NCBI GenBank assembly: GCA_004553095.1
Contig: SFMJ01000001.1
Location: 1-51,761, forward strand
Length of the DNA stretch: 51,761 nucleotides
Source of the DNA: Bacteroidales bacterium
Lineage (GTDB): Bacteria; Bacteroidota; Bacteroidia; Bacteroidales; Muribaculaceae
Reading direction: 5' to 3'
A program made the position numbers and the translations under genes. Each line of letters opens with the position of its first letter. Position 1 is the first letter of the stretch. The notes below the pieces were generated by a model. The model did no database searches. It was not told the origin of the DNA and was given only the letters and a program-made list of their open reading frames with translations. Below, in pieces: positions 1 through 8,642 of this stretch.

Positions 1-7
1 ATTCGAT

Positions 8-943
8 GTGACCGCACGCCAAACAGTCTCCCATGCCGGCCCCTTCTATCAATATGCCAAGAAATATATCGGCACCGACAATGTCATCAAAGAAAACGAT
101 GAGAACTGGCAGATAGTCAACGTCAAAGCCATCATCTATGGTGAGGCGGACGAGAGCCAAGAATATCTGATGCAATGCAAGCCGGGTGCATTGACCTCGA
201 TATGCATTGATGAAAATGGCATGCTATTGGCTATCAACAAAGATGTGGATGCACCGACACGCGAAACGCGACCTCAAGACACCTCCTTCAGTTCAGAAAT
301 TGGGGTAAAAGACTTCATGCAATATGTCAACGAAGACTTTTTGGCATCGAAATCCTCAGCCAAGCAGGCACAATTTCTTGCCGAGAGTCTGATGGAGGTG
401 AGAGATGCCAAAGTGTCGCTGACACGCGGCACAGCTGAGAGCATGCCCACCGACGGCAAGCAATTAGACTTGATGCTCAACTCTCTGACACATCAAGAGG
501 CAGCCATCACAGCCGCCTTCACCGGTGCGACCGAGTCGCGAACAGTAACACGCACCTACACATTCACCCCCGAAAAAGATGGTAAGCAAGTGCTCTTCCG
601 CATGAGCGACTTTGCCGGGTTCGTGGATGCTGACGACTACTCCGGCGAGCCGGTATATATCAACGTCAAAGTGACGCGTCAAGAGTCACTTCCCACCGAC
701 GAAAAGGGAGAGGTCAAGAAACTCCCCAAAGATGCTGTGATTTACAACCTGCCGGGGGCAGCCAAGGTTACCCTCTCGCTTGGTTCGCAGACTCTATGGA
801 CGCAGAGTGTGGAATGCTCGCAATTCGGTGTACAATTCGGTCTGCAGCCCTCGCTCTTCAGCGACAAGAAAGTCCGTTCCTACGCCACATTCGACCCCTC
901 TACCGGTGCGTTGACAAAAATCGCGGAAGTCGATGATAAGTAA
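8..943 (+). CDS. DUF4831-like conserved Bacteroidales protein, probably 5'-partial
   Basis: Long ORF beginning at the window edge; GPFYQYAKKYIG N-terminal and QFG C-terminal motifs recalled from this family. Confidence 0.6.
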   Translation: MTARQTVSHAGPFYQYAKKYIGTDNVIKENDENWQIVNVKAIIYGEADESQEYLMQCKPGALTSICIDENGMLLAINKDVDAPTRETRPQDTSFSSEIGVKDFMQYVNEDFLASKSSAKQAQFLAESLMEVRDAKVSLTRGTAESMPTDGKQLDLMLNSLTHQEAAITAAFTGATESRTVTRTYTFTPEKDGKQVLFRMSDFAGFVDADDYSGEPVYINVKVTRQESLPTDEKGEVKKLPKDAVIYNLPGAAKVTLSLGSQTLWTQSVECSQFGVQFGLQPSLFSDKKVRSYATFDPSTGALTKIAEVDDK

Positions 944-2303
944 TCCACTCACTATATCGCAACTACAGCAGAACATCACCAACGCCATCCAGATGAGCAG
1001 CGGCACACGCAACATCTGGGTGCAAGCCGAGATGTCAGACTTGCGAGTGTCGGGAGGGCATTGCTACATGGAGCTCTTGGAGAAGGATAGCTCCGGAAGA
1101 AACCGAGCGAAAATCCGCGCCATGATCTGGAGTAGCAGTCTAATGAGGATAAGACGTATCTTCATCGAAGCCACCGGGCGCGACCTCTGCAGCGGGATGA
1201 AGGTGATGGTTCATGGCAATGCAACCAACCACGGCCTCTATGGCATCTCATTTGTGATCGATGATATCGACCCCACCTACACACTGGGGGATATCGAGCG
1301 ACTCCGTCGCGAAATCCTGGAACGTCTACAGCGGGAAGGGGTCCACGACTACAACCTTCGATTAGAGCACCCCATCGCTCCACAACGCATCGCCGTGATC
1401 TCAGCTGCCGGCGCTGCCGGTTATGGAGACTTCATCAACCAACTCGAGCAGAACAGCGACGGCTTTAAGATATATACGGTGTTATTCCCCGCCGTGATGC
1501 AGGGAGAGAAGACCGCTGAGAGTGTGATTCGAGCCCTCGACATGGTGGAGCAAACCATCGACCTCTGGGATGCCGTGGTGATAATCCGCGGGGGAGGAGC
1601 CACCACCGACTTGATAGGATTCGACAATTATGATATAGCGCGACGCGTCGCCACATTCCCCCTCCCGGTGATGGTGGGCATCGGCCATGAACGCGACCGC
1701 ACGGTACTCGACGAGATTGCATGCATTAGGTGCAAGACTCCGACAGCAGTGGCGGCTATGATCATCGACACCCTCCGCAAATATTATGCCGACATCACAG
1801 GATATGTGAAGAGCATAGCCCAATATAGTCGTGAAGCCCTCAAAGGGGAGAATATCCGCCTCTCTCACTATGGGCAGATACTTCCGACATATATCCGCAG
1901 CACTCTAATGCAGAGCGAGATGCAACTCAAGAGCATAGCACAGTCCCTTCCCATGCAGGTGAAGGGGAGGGTAAGTGAACAGAACCTCCGACTCGGGGAA
2001 TATGCCCACCGGCTGAGGCAAACCCTGAGCGCTACGATGACTCGCGAAGAGAACACCCTCTCGCAGATGGCACTGCGACTCACCAACAGAGCCGCCACCA
2101 TAACCCAGCAAGAGAAGACCCGATTGCAGCATATCGACGACATGCTGCGCGCCTTGAGTCCCGACAGCACACTGCGCCGAGGATATAGCATCACACGCAT
2201 CAATGGTCACGCCCTGACCGACATATCCGAGTTAACACCCGGCACACGCATCGAGACCACACTCGCCGGCGGCAAGATAATCTCCGAAGTTGTGGAGGAA
2301 TAG
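933..2303 (+). CDS. xseA: Exodeoxyribonuclease VII large subunit
   Basis: WVQAEMS/SGGHCY OB-fold, IIRGGG and GIGHERD motifs, C-terminal LRRGYSI; followed by xseB. Confidence 0.95.
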   Translation: MISNPLTISQLQQNITNAIQMSSGTRNIWVQAEMSDLRVSGGHCYMELLEKDSSGRNRAKIRAMIWSSSLMRIRRIFIEATGRDLCSGMKVMVHGNATNHGLYGISFVIDDIDPTYTLGDIERLRREILERLQREGVHDYNLRLEHPIAPQRIAVISAAGAAGYGDFINQLEQNSDGFKIYTVLFPAVMQGEKTAESVIRALDMVEQTIDLWDAVVIIRGGGATTDLIGFDNYDIARRVATFPLPVMVGIGHERDRTVLDEIACIRCKTPTAVAAMIIDTLRKYYADITGYVKSIAQYSREALKGENIRLSHYGQILPTYIRSTLMQSEMQLKSIAQSLPMQVKGRVSEQNLRLGEYAHRLRQTLSATMTREENTLSQMALRLTNRAATITQQEKTRLQHIDDMLRALSPDSTLRRGYSITRINGHALTDISELTPGTRIETTLAGGKIISEVVEE

Positions 2304-2366
2304 CGTCCGGGGGGAAATAGCGTAAATAAAGAGAAACAGCAACCAAAGAAAAATAGAAAAATAAAA

Positions 2367-2588
2367 ATGGAAGAAAACTTGACATATAAAGGAGCGATCT
2401 CCGAATTAGAGAGCATCTTGGCTAAGATGGAAAACAATCAATGCGACATCGACCAACTCACCGTCTACACGAGCAGAGCCCTCGAACTGCTCAAATTCTG
2501 TCGACAGCGACTCCACGACACAGACACCGAAGTGATGAAGTGTCTCAGCGAATTGCAGAGCGCTCTGACACCCGGAGGTGTGGAATAA
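2367..2588 (+). CDS. xseB: Exodeoxyribonuclease VII small subunit
   Basis: 73 aa, TYKGAISELESIL...DIDQL pattern, downstream of xseA. Confidence 0.9.
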   Translation: MEENLTYKGAISELESILAKMENNQCDIDQLTVYTSRALELLKFCRQRLHDTDTEVMKCLSELQSALTPGGVE

Positions 2589-2597
2589 TCGGGAAAG

Positions 2598-2629
2598 TTT
2601 GTCTAATTGCAGAAAATTTTCTATATTTG
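2598..2629 (+). promoter_or_regulatory. Bacteroidota primary-sigma promoter of fba
   Basis: TTTG (2598-2601), 20-nt spacer, TATATTTG (2622-2629). Confidence 0.75.
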
Positions 2630-2710
2630 CAAAAAGTTTTCGAAAGATACGAAAATACACAATAATTCCGTTAGGTATTTAGATTATAACCATATAATTA
2701 AACAACAAAA

Positions 2711-3712
2711 ATGGTAGATTATAAAAACTTAGGTTTGGTCAACACCAAAGAGATGTTTGCCAAGGCCGTGCATGGCGGCTACGCGATTCCTGCATTCAAC
2801 TTCAACAATATGGAGCAATTGCAAGCCATCATCAAGGCAGCAAGCGACACAAAATCACCTGTGATCCTTCAAGTATCGAAGGGAGCCCGCAACTATGCTA
2901 ACGCTATCTTGTTGCGTTACATGGCACAGGGAGCAGTGGAATATGCGAAATCACTTGGCTGGGAGAAGCCCCAGATCGTGCTTCACCTCGACCATGGTGA
3001 CACATTCGAGCTCTGCAAGGATTGCATCGACAATGGCTTCTCTTCAGTGATGATCGATGGTAGCCATCTTCCCTACGAAGAGAATGTGGCATTGACCAAG
3101 AAGGTATGTGACTACGCACATCAATATGATGTAACCGTAGAGGGAGAGCTCGGAGTACTCGCCGGCGTTGAGGATGAGGTATCTTCCGACCATCACACAT
3201 ATACCGACCCGGCAGAAGTAGTAGACTTCGTGACTCGCACAGGTTGCGACAGCCTTGCTATCTCTATCGGCACATCTCACGGTGCATACAAGTTCACACC
3301 CGCACAGTGCACACGTGACCCCAAGACCGGTCGCCTCGTGCCTCCTCCATTGGCATTCGAAGTTCTCGAGGGTGTAGAGAAAGAACTTCCCAACTTCCCC
3401 ATCGTGCTCCACGGTTCTTCATCTGTACCTCAGGAGTATGTAGACATCATCAACTCTAACGGTGGCAAACTTCCCGATGCTATCGGCATTCCCGAAGAAG
3501 AGCTCCGCAAGGCAGCCAAGATGGATGTTTGCAAGATCAACATCGACTCAGACAGCCGTCTGGCGATGACAGCAGCCGTTCGCAAGGTCTTCGTAGAGAA
3601 GCCGGGTGAATTCGACCCCCGCAAATATCTTGGTCCCGCTCGCGAAGAGATGGAGAAACTCTACAAGCACAAGATCGTGGCTGTCCTCGGCAGCGATGGC
3701 AAAGCTGAGTAA
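2711..3712 (+). CDS. fba: Class II fructose-1,6-bisphosphate aldolase
   Basis: HLDHG, SVMIDGSH, GTSHGAYKF, VLHGSS and KINIDSD motifs. Confidence 0.97.
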   Translation: MVDYKNLGLVNTKEMFAKAVHGGYAIPAFNFNNMEQLQAIIKAASDTKSPVILQVSKGARNYANAILLRYMAQGAVEYAKSLGWEKPQIVLHLDHGDTFELCKDCIDNGFSSVMIDGSHLPYEENVALTKKVCDYAHQYDVTVEGELGVLAGVEDEVSSDHHTYTDPAEVVDFVTRTGCDSLAISIGTSHGAYKFTPAQCTRDPKTGRLVPPPLAFEVLEGVEKELPNFPIVLHGSSSVPQEYVDIINSNGGKLPDAIGIPEEELRKAAKMDVCKINIDSDSRLAMTAAVRKVFVEKPGEFDPRKYLGPAREEMEKLYKHKIVAVLGSDGKAE

Positions 3713-3735
3713 TCTCTAAGGATCCTAAAGAAAAT

Positions 3736-3774
3736 AATAATTCCCCGGCCTCTCGGAGGTCGGGGAATTATTTT
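3736..3774. terminator. Intrinsic terminator after fba (likely bidirectional)
   Basis: AATAATTCCCCGGCCTC-tcg-GAGGTCGGGGAATTATT hairpin with T tail. Confidence 0.8.
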
Positions 3775-3786
3775 AGAGTGAGTTTT

Positions 3787-3912
3787 TTACTTCACTGCGA
3801 TTTTCTTTACCGTGTTGCCCTGACGGACTATATAGATGCCGGGAACAAGGCCTTCTACCGAAGTAGCGATGCGAGTGCCCTTGAGATTATATACCTCTAC
3901 AGCTTTATCCAG
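3787..3912 (-). pseudogene. Orphan T9SS C-terminal sorting-domain fragment
   Basis: Minus strand reads KAVEVYNLKGTRIATSVEGLVPGIYIVRQGNTVKKIAVK*; no start codon, in-frame stop just upstream; not in the ORF track. Confidence 0.7.
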
Positions 3913-4190
3913 TTACAAAATGATGAAGTCGTAGTTACCACTCCTGTAGAAAGTCGAATAATGTCTATTCGTGGAAAGCAGATTATGATAGACAGAGACT
4001 TGGCTGAACTTTACGGAGTGGAAACCAGGGTGTTAAATCAAGCTGTAAAACGTAATATTGAGAGATTTCCTGAACGTTTTCGTTTTCAACTGACTAAGGA
4101 AGAAATGAATGAACTGGTCACAAATTGTGATCGGTTCAATAGTTTGAAGCACTCAACAGTTCGCTCATATGCTTTTACAGAACAGGGAGT
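3907..4190 (+). pseudogene. Truncated ORF6N-domain DNA-binding protein
   Basis: IRGKQIMIDRDLAELYGVETRVLNQAVKRNIERFP...YAFTEQGV; recognisable similarity ends where the inverted repeat at 4189 begins. Confidence 0.75.
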
Positions 4191-4245
4191 AAACATCCCT
4201 TTATCCGCCTCAACTTTCAGTCAAGGCGGATAAAGGGATGTTTAC
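4189..4245. mobile_element. 57-bp mini-element with 22-bp perfect inverted repeats (GTAA ends, IS66-like)
   Basis: GTAAACATCCCTTTATCCGCCT, 13-nt spacer, AGGCGGATAAAGGGATGTTTAC. Confidence 0.5.
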
Positions 4246-4286
4246 AATCCGACCGTTTTGGATGTCATCCAACCGATTATTATTAC

Positions 4287-4333
4287 TGTCCGCTAAACTT
4301 TTTTTAGGCATATAAACAAAAGTTTAGCGGACA
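4287..4333. repeat. 16-bp inverted repeat with TGT...ACA ends
   Basis: TGTCCGCTAAACTTTT, 15-nt spacer, AAAAGTTTAGCGGACA. Confidence 0.6.
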
Positions 4334-4368
4334 ATAATCATAAAAAATCTAAAAAACGCACACTTTAT

Positions 4369-4389
4369 TAAGAGCGCGTTCCTTAAATT
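4369..4389 (+). repeat. Dispersed IS-end-like motif
   Basis: TAAGAGCGCGTTCCTTAAATT, identical to 11587-11607. Confidence 0.8.
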
Positions 4390-4432
4390 GGTGTGAATCC
4401 GATATTAGGACTTTTCGGAGAATATGCCGAGA

Positions 4433-5434
4433 TTATCGGAGGATCAGCATAGCGTCGCCGTATGCGCCGAATCTATACTTCTCTTTGATAGCGATGTCGT
4501 AAGCCTTCATCACCAGATCATATCCGCCGAAAGCCGACACCATCATAAGCATGGTGCTGTAGGGCAAGTGGAAATTGGAGATCATCGAATCGCACACGGT
4601 AAAATCGAAGGGAGGGAAGATGAACTTATTGGTCCAGCCTGCGAAAGGCATCAAGTGACCATTCATACAGACCGAACTTGCGATGCCACGCATGGTCGAA
4701 GTGCCGACGGCGCAAACACGCTTGCCGGCATCCTTCGCCTTATTGACGATAGCCACCAAGTCATCATCGACATACATTTCTTCAGAGTCCATACGATGCT
4801 TGGTAAGATCTTCCACATCGATATCCTTGGTGTTGCCGCGACCGGAGTGAAGAGTCAGGAAGCCTCGTTCCACGCCCTTGATTTCCAAACGTTTCATCAA
4901 TTCGCGACTAAAATGGAGACCGGCAGCGGGAGCCATCACCGCCCCCTCATTGCGAGCATAGATACACTGATAATAATCGGTATCCTCCGGTTCCACCGGA
5001 CGAGTGATATATTCCGGCAGCGGCATCTCGCCCAGGGCATATAGAGCCTCCTTAAACTCATCGTGAGGGCCATCGTAGAGGAAGCGAAGAGTTCTGCCTC
5101 GCGATGTCGTATTGTCTATTACCTCTTTACGAGCCGGATCCACCAAAACATCCCACAACTTATTCTCTTCATTCAATTCGCGGAGCAAGAACACCTCGAT
5201 GCGGGCGTTGGTTTTCTCTTTGTTTCCATAAAGACGAGCGGGGAAGACTTTCGTATCATTGAACACGATCACATCACCCTCGTCGAAATAATCGATCAAT
5301 TCCTTAAATATATGATGACTAACCTCTCCGGTGCGACGGTCCACCACCATCAGGCGGCACTCATCGCGCACCTCACTGGGATGCTGTGCGATTAAGTCAT
5401 CAGGCAATCTGAATTTAAATTGTGACAGCTTCAT
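4433..5434 (-). CDS. queA: SAM:tRNA ribosyltransferase-isomerase, with an apparent internal in-frame deletion
   Basis: [34 protein letters not shown] and [12 protein letters not shown] motifs. Confidence 0.95.
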   Translation of the reverse strand: MKLSQFKFRLPDDLIAQHPSEVRDECRLMVVDRRTGEVSHHIFKELIDYFDEGDVIVFNDTKVFPARLYGNKEKTNARIEVFLLRELNEENKLWDVLVDPARKEVIDNTTSRGRTLRFLYDGPHDEFKEALYALGEMPLPEYITRPVEPEDTDYYQCIYARNEGAVMAPAAGLHFSRELMKRLEIKGVERGFLTLHSGRGNTKDIDVEDLTKHRMDSEEMYVDDDLVAIVNKAKDAGKRVCAVGTSTMRGIASSVCMNGHLMPFAGWTNKFIFPPFDFTVCDSMISNFHLPYSTMLMMVSAFGGYDLVMKAYDIAIKEKYRFGAYGDAMLILR

Positions 5435-5537
5435 ATCTAATTATCGTTAATTTTCATTTATTCCGATCGATCTTGATGGTTATGGATTAATTCATCTGAT
5501 TCGATCTATATACCTACATTAATAATATCTTTATTAC

Positions 5538-6242
5538 CTACTCTTCGGGGAAAGTCAACTCATCGTTGGCGATATGCTCTAAAGCCTCGTCGATGCTCCA
5601 ACAATGGTCGATAGTTATGTCCCCGACGCGAGTACGACGCAAGGCCGTAAGATGCGCACCGGTCTCCAAAGCCACTCCGAGGTCTCGAGCCAGAGCCCGA
5701 ATGTAAGTACCCTTCGAGCAAAGCACTCTGAGGGTAATCTTGGCCGGCTGATAATCGAGCAATTCGAGTTCACGAATTTCCAGTTCCTTGGGTTTGAGTT
5801 CCACCTCCTTACCCTTCCGAGCGAAAGAATAGGCTCTTTTGCCGTCGACCTTAACAGCAGAAAATACGGGAGGGACCTGCATGAGTCGGCCGGTGAAACG
5901 GGGCAACACCTCTATAACACGCTCGCGAGTCACATGATCGCAAGGGTATGTAGCATCAATCTCCGTCTCCAAGTCATAACTTGGAGTTGTGGCTCCGAGA
6001 GTTACCTCCGCCACATACTCTTTCATACCCTCCTGCAGCTCGCTGATGCGGCGAGTGGCACGTCCGGTGCAGACGATCAGCACGCCTGTGGCAAGAGGAT
6101 CGAGGGTGCCGGCATGACCGACCTTGAATTTCTTTACGTGCATCCGACGCTGTATAGCCCCTCGGATACGCTTTACGGCATCAAACGAAGTCCAACGCAA
6201 GGGCTTATCGATGCCTATTATCTCTCCGGTGATAAAATCCAT
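5538..6242 (-). CDS. truB: tRNA pseudouridine(55) synthase
   Basis: DKPLRWTS, KVGHAGTLDPLATG and CSKGTYIRAL motifs. Confidence 0.97.
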   Translation of the reverse strand: MDFITGEIIGIDKPLRWTSFDAVKRIRGAIQRRMHVKKFKVGHAGTLDPLATGVLIVCTGRATRRISELQEGMKEYVAEVTLGATTPSYDLETEIDATYPCDHVTRERVIEVLPRFTGRLMQVPPVFSAVKVDGKRAYSFARKGKEVELKPKELEIRELELLDYQPAKITLRVLCSKGTYIRALARDLGVALETGAHLTALRRTRVGDITIDHCWSIDEALEHIANDELTFPEE

Positions 6243-6295
6243 CAGTCGAGTTTTCGTTTCGTTGAGATTATATTATATTACCACACAAATCTGAT

Positions 6296-6311
6296 TAAGA
6301 GCGCGTTCTAA
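6296..6311 (+). repeat. Dispersed IS-end/footprint-like motif
   Basis: TAA-GAGCGCGTTC-TAA. Confidence 0.7.
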
Positions 6312-6327
6312 AGAGAACACTCAAAGA

Positions 6328-7170
6328 TTACCATACGATGCAGACCACACCCATGATGACGCAATAGATGGCAAACCAGATCAGTTTACCCTTCTTCACC
6401 AAGTCGATCATCCAACGGCAAGCAGCGCAGCCGACGAGGAAAGCCGAGACGAAACCGATGAGGAGAGGCAGAACACCGATTGCACTATCGGCAGCCTCAC
6501 CCCCTATCATATCCTTGAGATCGAGGAGACACTCTCCCAAGATGGGGAGGATCACCATCAAGAAAGAGAAATGAGCCACAGCGGCTTTCTTATTGCCCAA
6601 GAGGATGCCGGTGGCTATCGTAGTACCACTACGGCTCAATCCCGGCAATACAGCCACGGCTTGCGCCAAGCCTATGACAATCGAGTCAATCCATCCAATC
6701 TCTCTTCCTTCACTTCCTGCCGGGGCTTCGGTCAGTTTTCCCTCATTGCGACGGGCTGCACGAAGATCGCTCAGATAAGCGAAAGTCAAGAGCATAGCAG
6801 TGACCATCAGACAGATACCCACCACCATCAGGCCGCTGCCGAAGATTTCCTCTACCGTATCCTTCAGAAAGACACCAACGATGCCCACCGGGATACAAGA
6901 CACCAGAATCTTGCAGACGTAATAGAAGTCATTATCGCGTCGGAAAGTGAAGAAACTCTTGCAGAGTTTGGCGAACATCGGCCAGAGCACCACGATGGTC
7001 GACAATACCGTAGCGGCATGCACGATCACGCTGAATTGCAAATTTTCTTCAGCCGGAAGATTGACTCCGAGCACTTCCTTAACAATCTCGATATGTCCAC
7101 TTGAACTCACCGGCAGGTATTCGGTGAGCCCCTGTATTATTCCAAGTATAAGAGCGTCCAACCAATCCAT
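6328..7170 (-). CDS. uppP: Undecaprenyl-diphosphatase
   Basis: QGLTEYLPVSSSGH and PGLSRSG motifs; hydrophobic. Confidence 0.95.
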   Translation of the reverse strand: MDWLDALILGIIQGLTEYLPVSSSGHIEIVKEVLGVNLPAEENLQFSVIVHAATVLSTIVVLWPMFAKLCKSFFTFRRDNDFYYVCKILVSCIPVGIVGVFLKDTVEEIFGSGLMVVGICLMVTAMLLTFAYLSDLRAARRNEGKLTEAPAGSEGREIGWIDSIVIGLAQAVAVLPGLSRSGTTIATGILLGNKKAAVAHFSFLMVILPILGECLLDLKDMIGGEAADSAIGVLPLLIGFVSAFLVGCAACRWMIDLVKKGKLIWFAIYCVIMGVVCIVW

Positions 7171-7173
7171 CAC

Positions 7174-7461
7174 TTAATCCTCCTTCTTACGCGGTTTGTA
7201 GATGATGGCAAACGCCATAAGCAGGAATCCCAAGAAAGTGAGAGTGGGCCCCACCACGATGCGACGGGTGCTGAAGATCTCCGGGTTGAACTCGCCGGAA
7301 GTGGCAGAACCGCCGCCACTCATCAAAATAAAGCCGATGATGATCAGCGCCAAGCAAGCCCCCATCAAGATGAAATTAATCTTGCTGAAAGGGGTTTCGG
7401 GTTGGCTGAAAGGAGATTTCTCCGATTTCTTCTCTTTGGGTTTGATATCTTTGATATCCAT
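7174..7461 (-). CDS. DUF3098 family membrane protein
   Basis: FNPEIFSTRRIVVGP with two TM segments, between ftsX and uppP; start trimmed to ATG at 7461. Confidence 0.8.
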   Translation of the reverse strand: MDIKDIKPKEKKSEKSPFSQPETPFSKINFILMGACLALIIIGFILMSGGGSATSGEFNPEIFSTRRIVVGPTLTFLGFLLMAFAIIYKPRKKED

Positions 7462-7472
7462 ATTATATTTCG

Positions 7473-8351
7473 TTATTTGAATAATTTGTCGTAGTCTTTG
7501 CGAAGATAGATATTGGCAGACACACAAGAAGCCAAGGCACAAAGTGTCATACCCATCAAGATCAAAGCCCCGGCGATGATACCAAATACATGCCAAGGGA
7601 TAAAGTTATAGATTTCGGGGAGCCATGTGCGGCTGATGCTCACCATAGCGATGGCAATCAAAGCAGAGGCCAGCACGCCGGCGATAAGACCGGCAAGTAG
7701 ATTACCCATGATGACCGGACGGCGGATGAAAGAATTGGTGGCACCCACCAACTGCATCGTGTGGATGGTAAATCGCCGCGAATATATGGTGAGATGGACC
7801 GTATTATTGATCAGCACGAAAGATATCACTAACATAATAGCCGCCACGACACTCAGGATCAGAGTCAATCGCGAGATATTGCTATTCATCGATTCGACCA
7901 TCTCCGTTTCGGGGCTTGACACAGCCTCCACGATGGGATTTTTCTCCAACTGCTTCTTGATAGCGGCAATACCCGAAGCCGTGGCATAATTCTCATTAAG
8001 GCTGATACTTATCTCCTCACTCAGTGGGTTCACACCAAACACCTCCTCGAGGTTTTCGCCCGTCTCGGCAGTCCAATTATTGAGAGCCTCCTCCTTCGAA
8101 ATGTACTTCACTTGATGGGCGAATGGTTCCTTCATCAGTTGCTCTGAGAGGGCGCGAGCACTACCTTGGGGAATCGAGTCAGCCATGATGACACTCAACT
8201 CTATTTGCTCCTTGAGACGGCGAGTCTCATGATCGGCACTTATCCATACCATGGCTATCATCCCCATCAGTAGCAACACGAGCGTCACACTTATGATCGT
8301 GGTGAGGTGATGTGCCCAATATGACATTTTAATCTCCTTATTATTCTTCAT
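7473..8351 (-). CDS. ftsX: Cell division permease-like protein FtsX
   Basis: LINNTVHLTIYSRRFTIHTMQLVGATNSFIRRP motif; ftsX-DUF3098-uppP-truB-queA order. Confidence 0.9.
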   Translation of the reverse strand: MKNNKEIKMSYWAHHLTTIISVTLVLLLMGMIAMVWISADHETRRLKEQIELSVIMADSIPQGSARALSEQLMKEPFAHQVKYISKEEALNNWTAETGENLEEVFGVNPLSEEISISLNENYATASGIAAIKKQLEKNPIVEAVSSPETEMVESMNSNISRLTLILSVVAAIMLVISFVLINNTVHLTIYSRRFTIHTMQLVGATNSFIRRPVIMGNLLAGLIAGVLASALIAIAMVSISRTWLPEIYNFIPWHVFGIIAGALILMGMTLCALASCVSANIYLRKDYDKLFK

Positions 8352-8491
8352 CTCATTCGATTAGGATCATACATCTCAGGATTCTTGCAGGGGCAGAATC
8401 CGCAAATCAAATGCAAAGTTAATAAATCGGCACCCCCTTTGTCAATACTTTTCACCTCTTTTTTTATCCATCCACCACTTTTTTACGAATT

Positions 8492-8510
8492 TTTAAGGAA
8501 CGCGCTCTAA
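8492..8510 (-). repeat. Dispersed IS-end-like motif
   Basis: TTTAAGGAACGCGCTCTAA (reverse complement TTAGAGCGCGTTCCTTAAA). Confidence 0.8.
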
Positions 8511-8531
8511 TAATGAGTCTATCCACCTTAT

Positions 8532-8571
8532 AAAAAAAAAGAGGTGTAGATGGTTGTACCACCTACACCTT
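8532..8571 (-). terminator. Intrinsic terminator of the CoA-transferase transcript
   Basis: A9 followed by AGGTGTAG...CTACACCT hairpin. Confidence 0.75.
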
Positions 8572-8642
8572 ACATAAAAACTAAAACTAAAACTAAAAAA
8601 TATGAATAGTCTAAACTACTATTTTTTAAATCAGCCAACCGA

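Noticed and set aside
3717..3728. TAA-GGATCC-TAA as another footprint
   Set aside because: The core lacks GAG/CTC ends and is too short to separate from chance
3778..4233. 151-aa ORF as an intact gene
   Set aside because: The N-terminus is antisense to a T9SS domain remnant and the C-terminus reads into an inverted repeat
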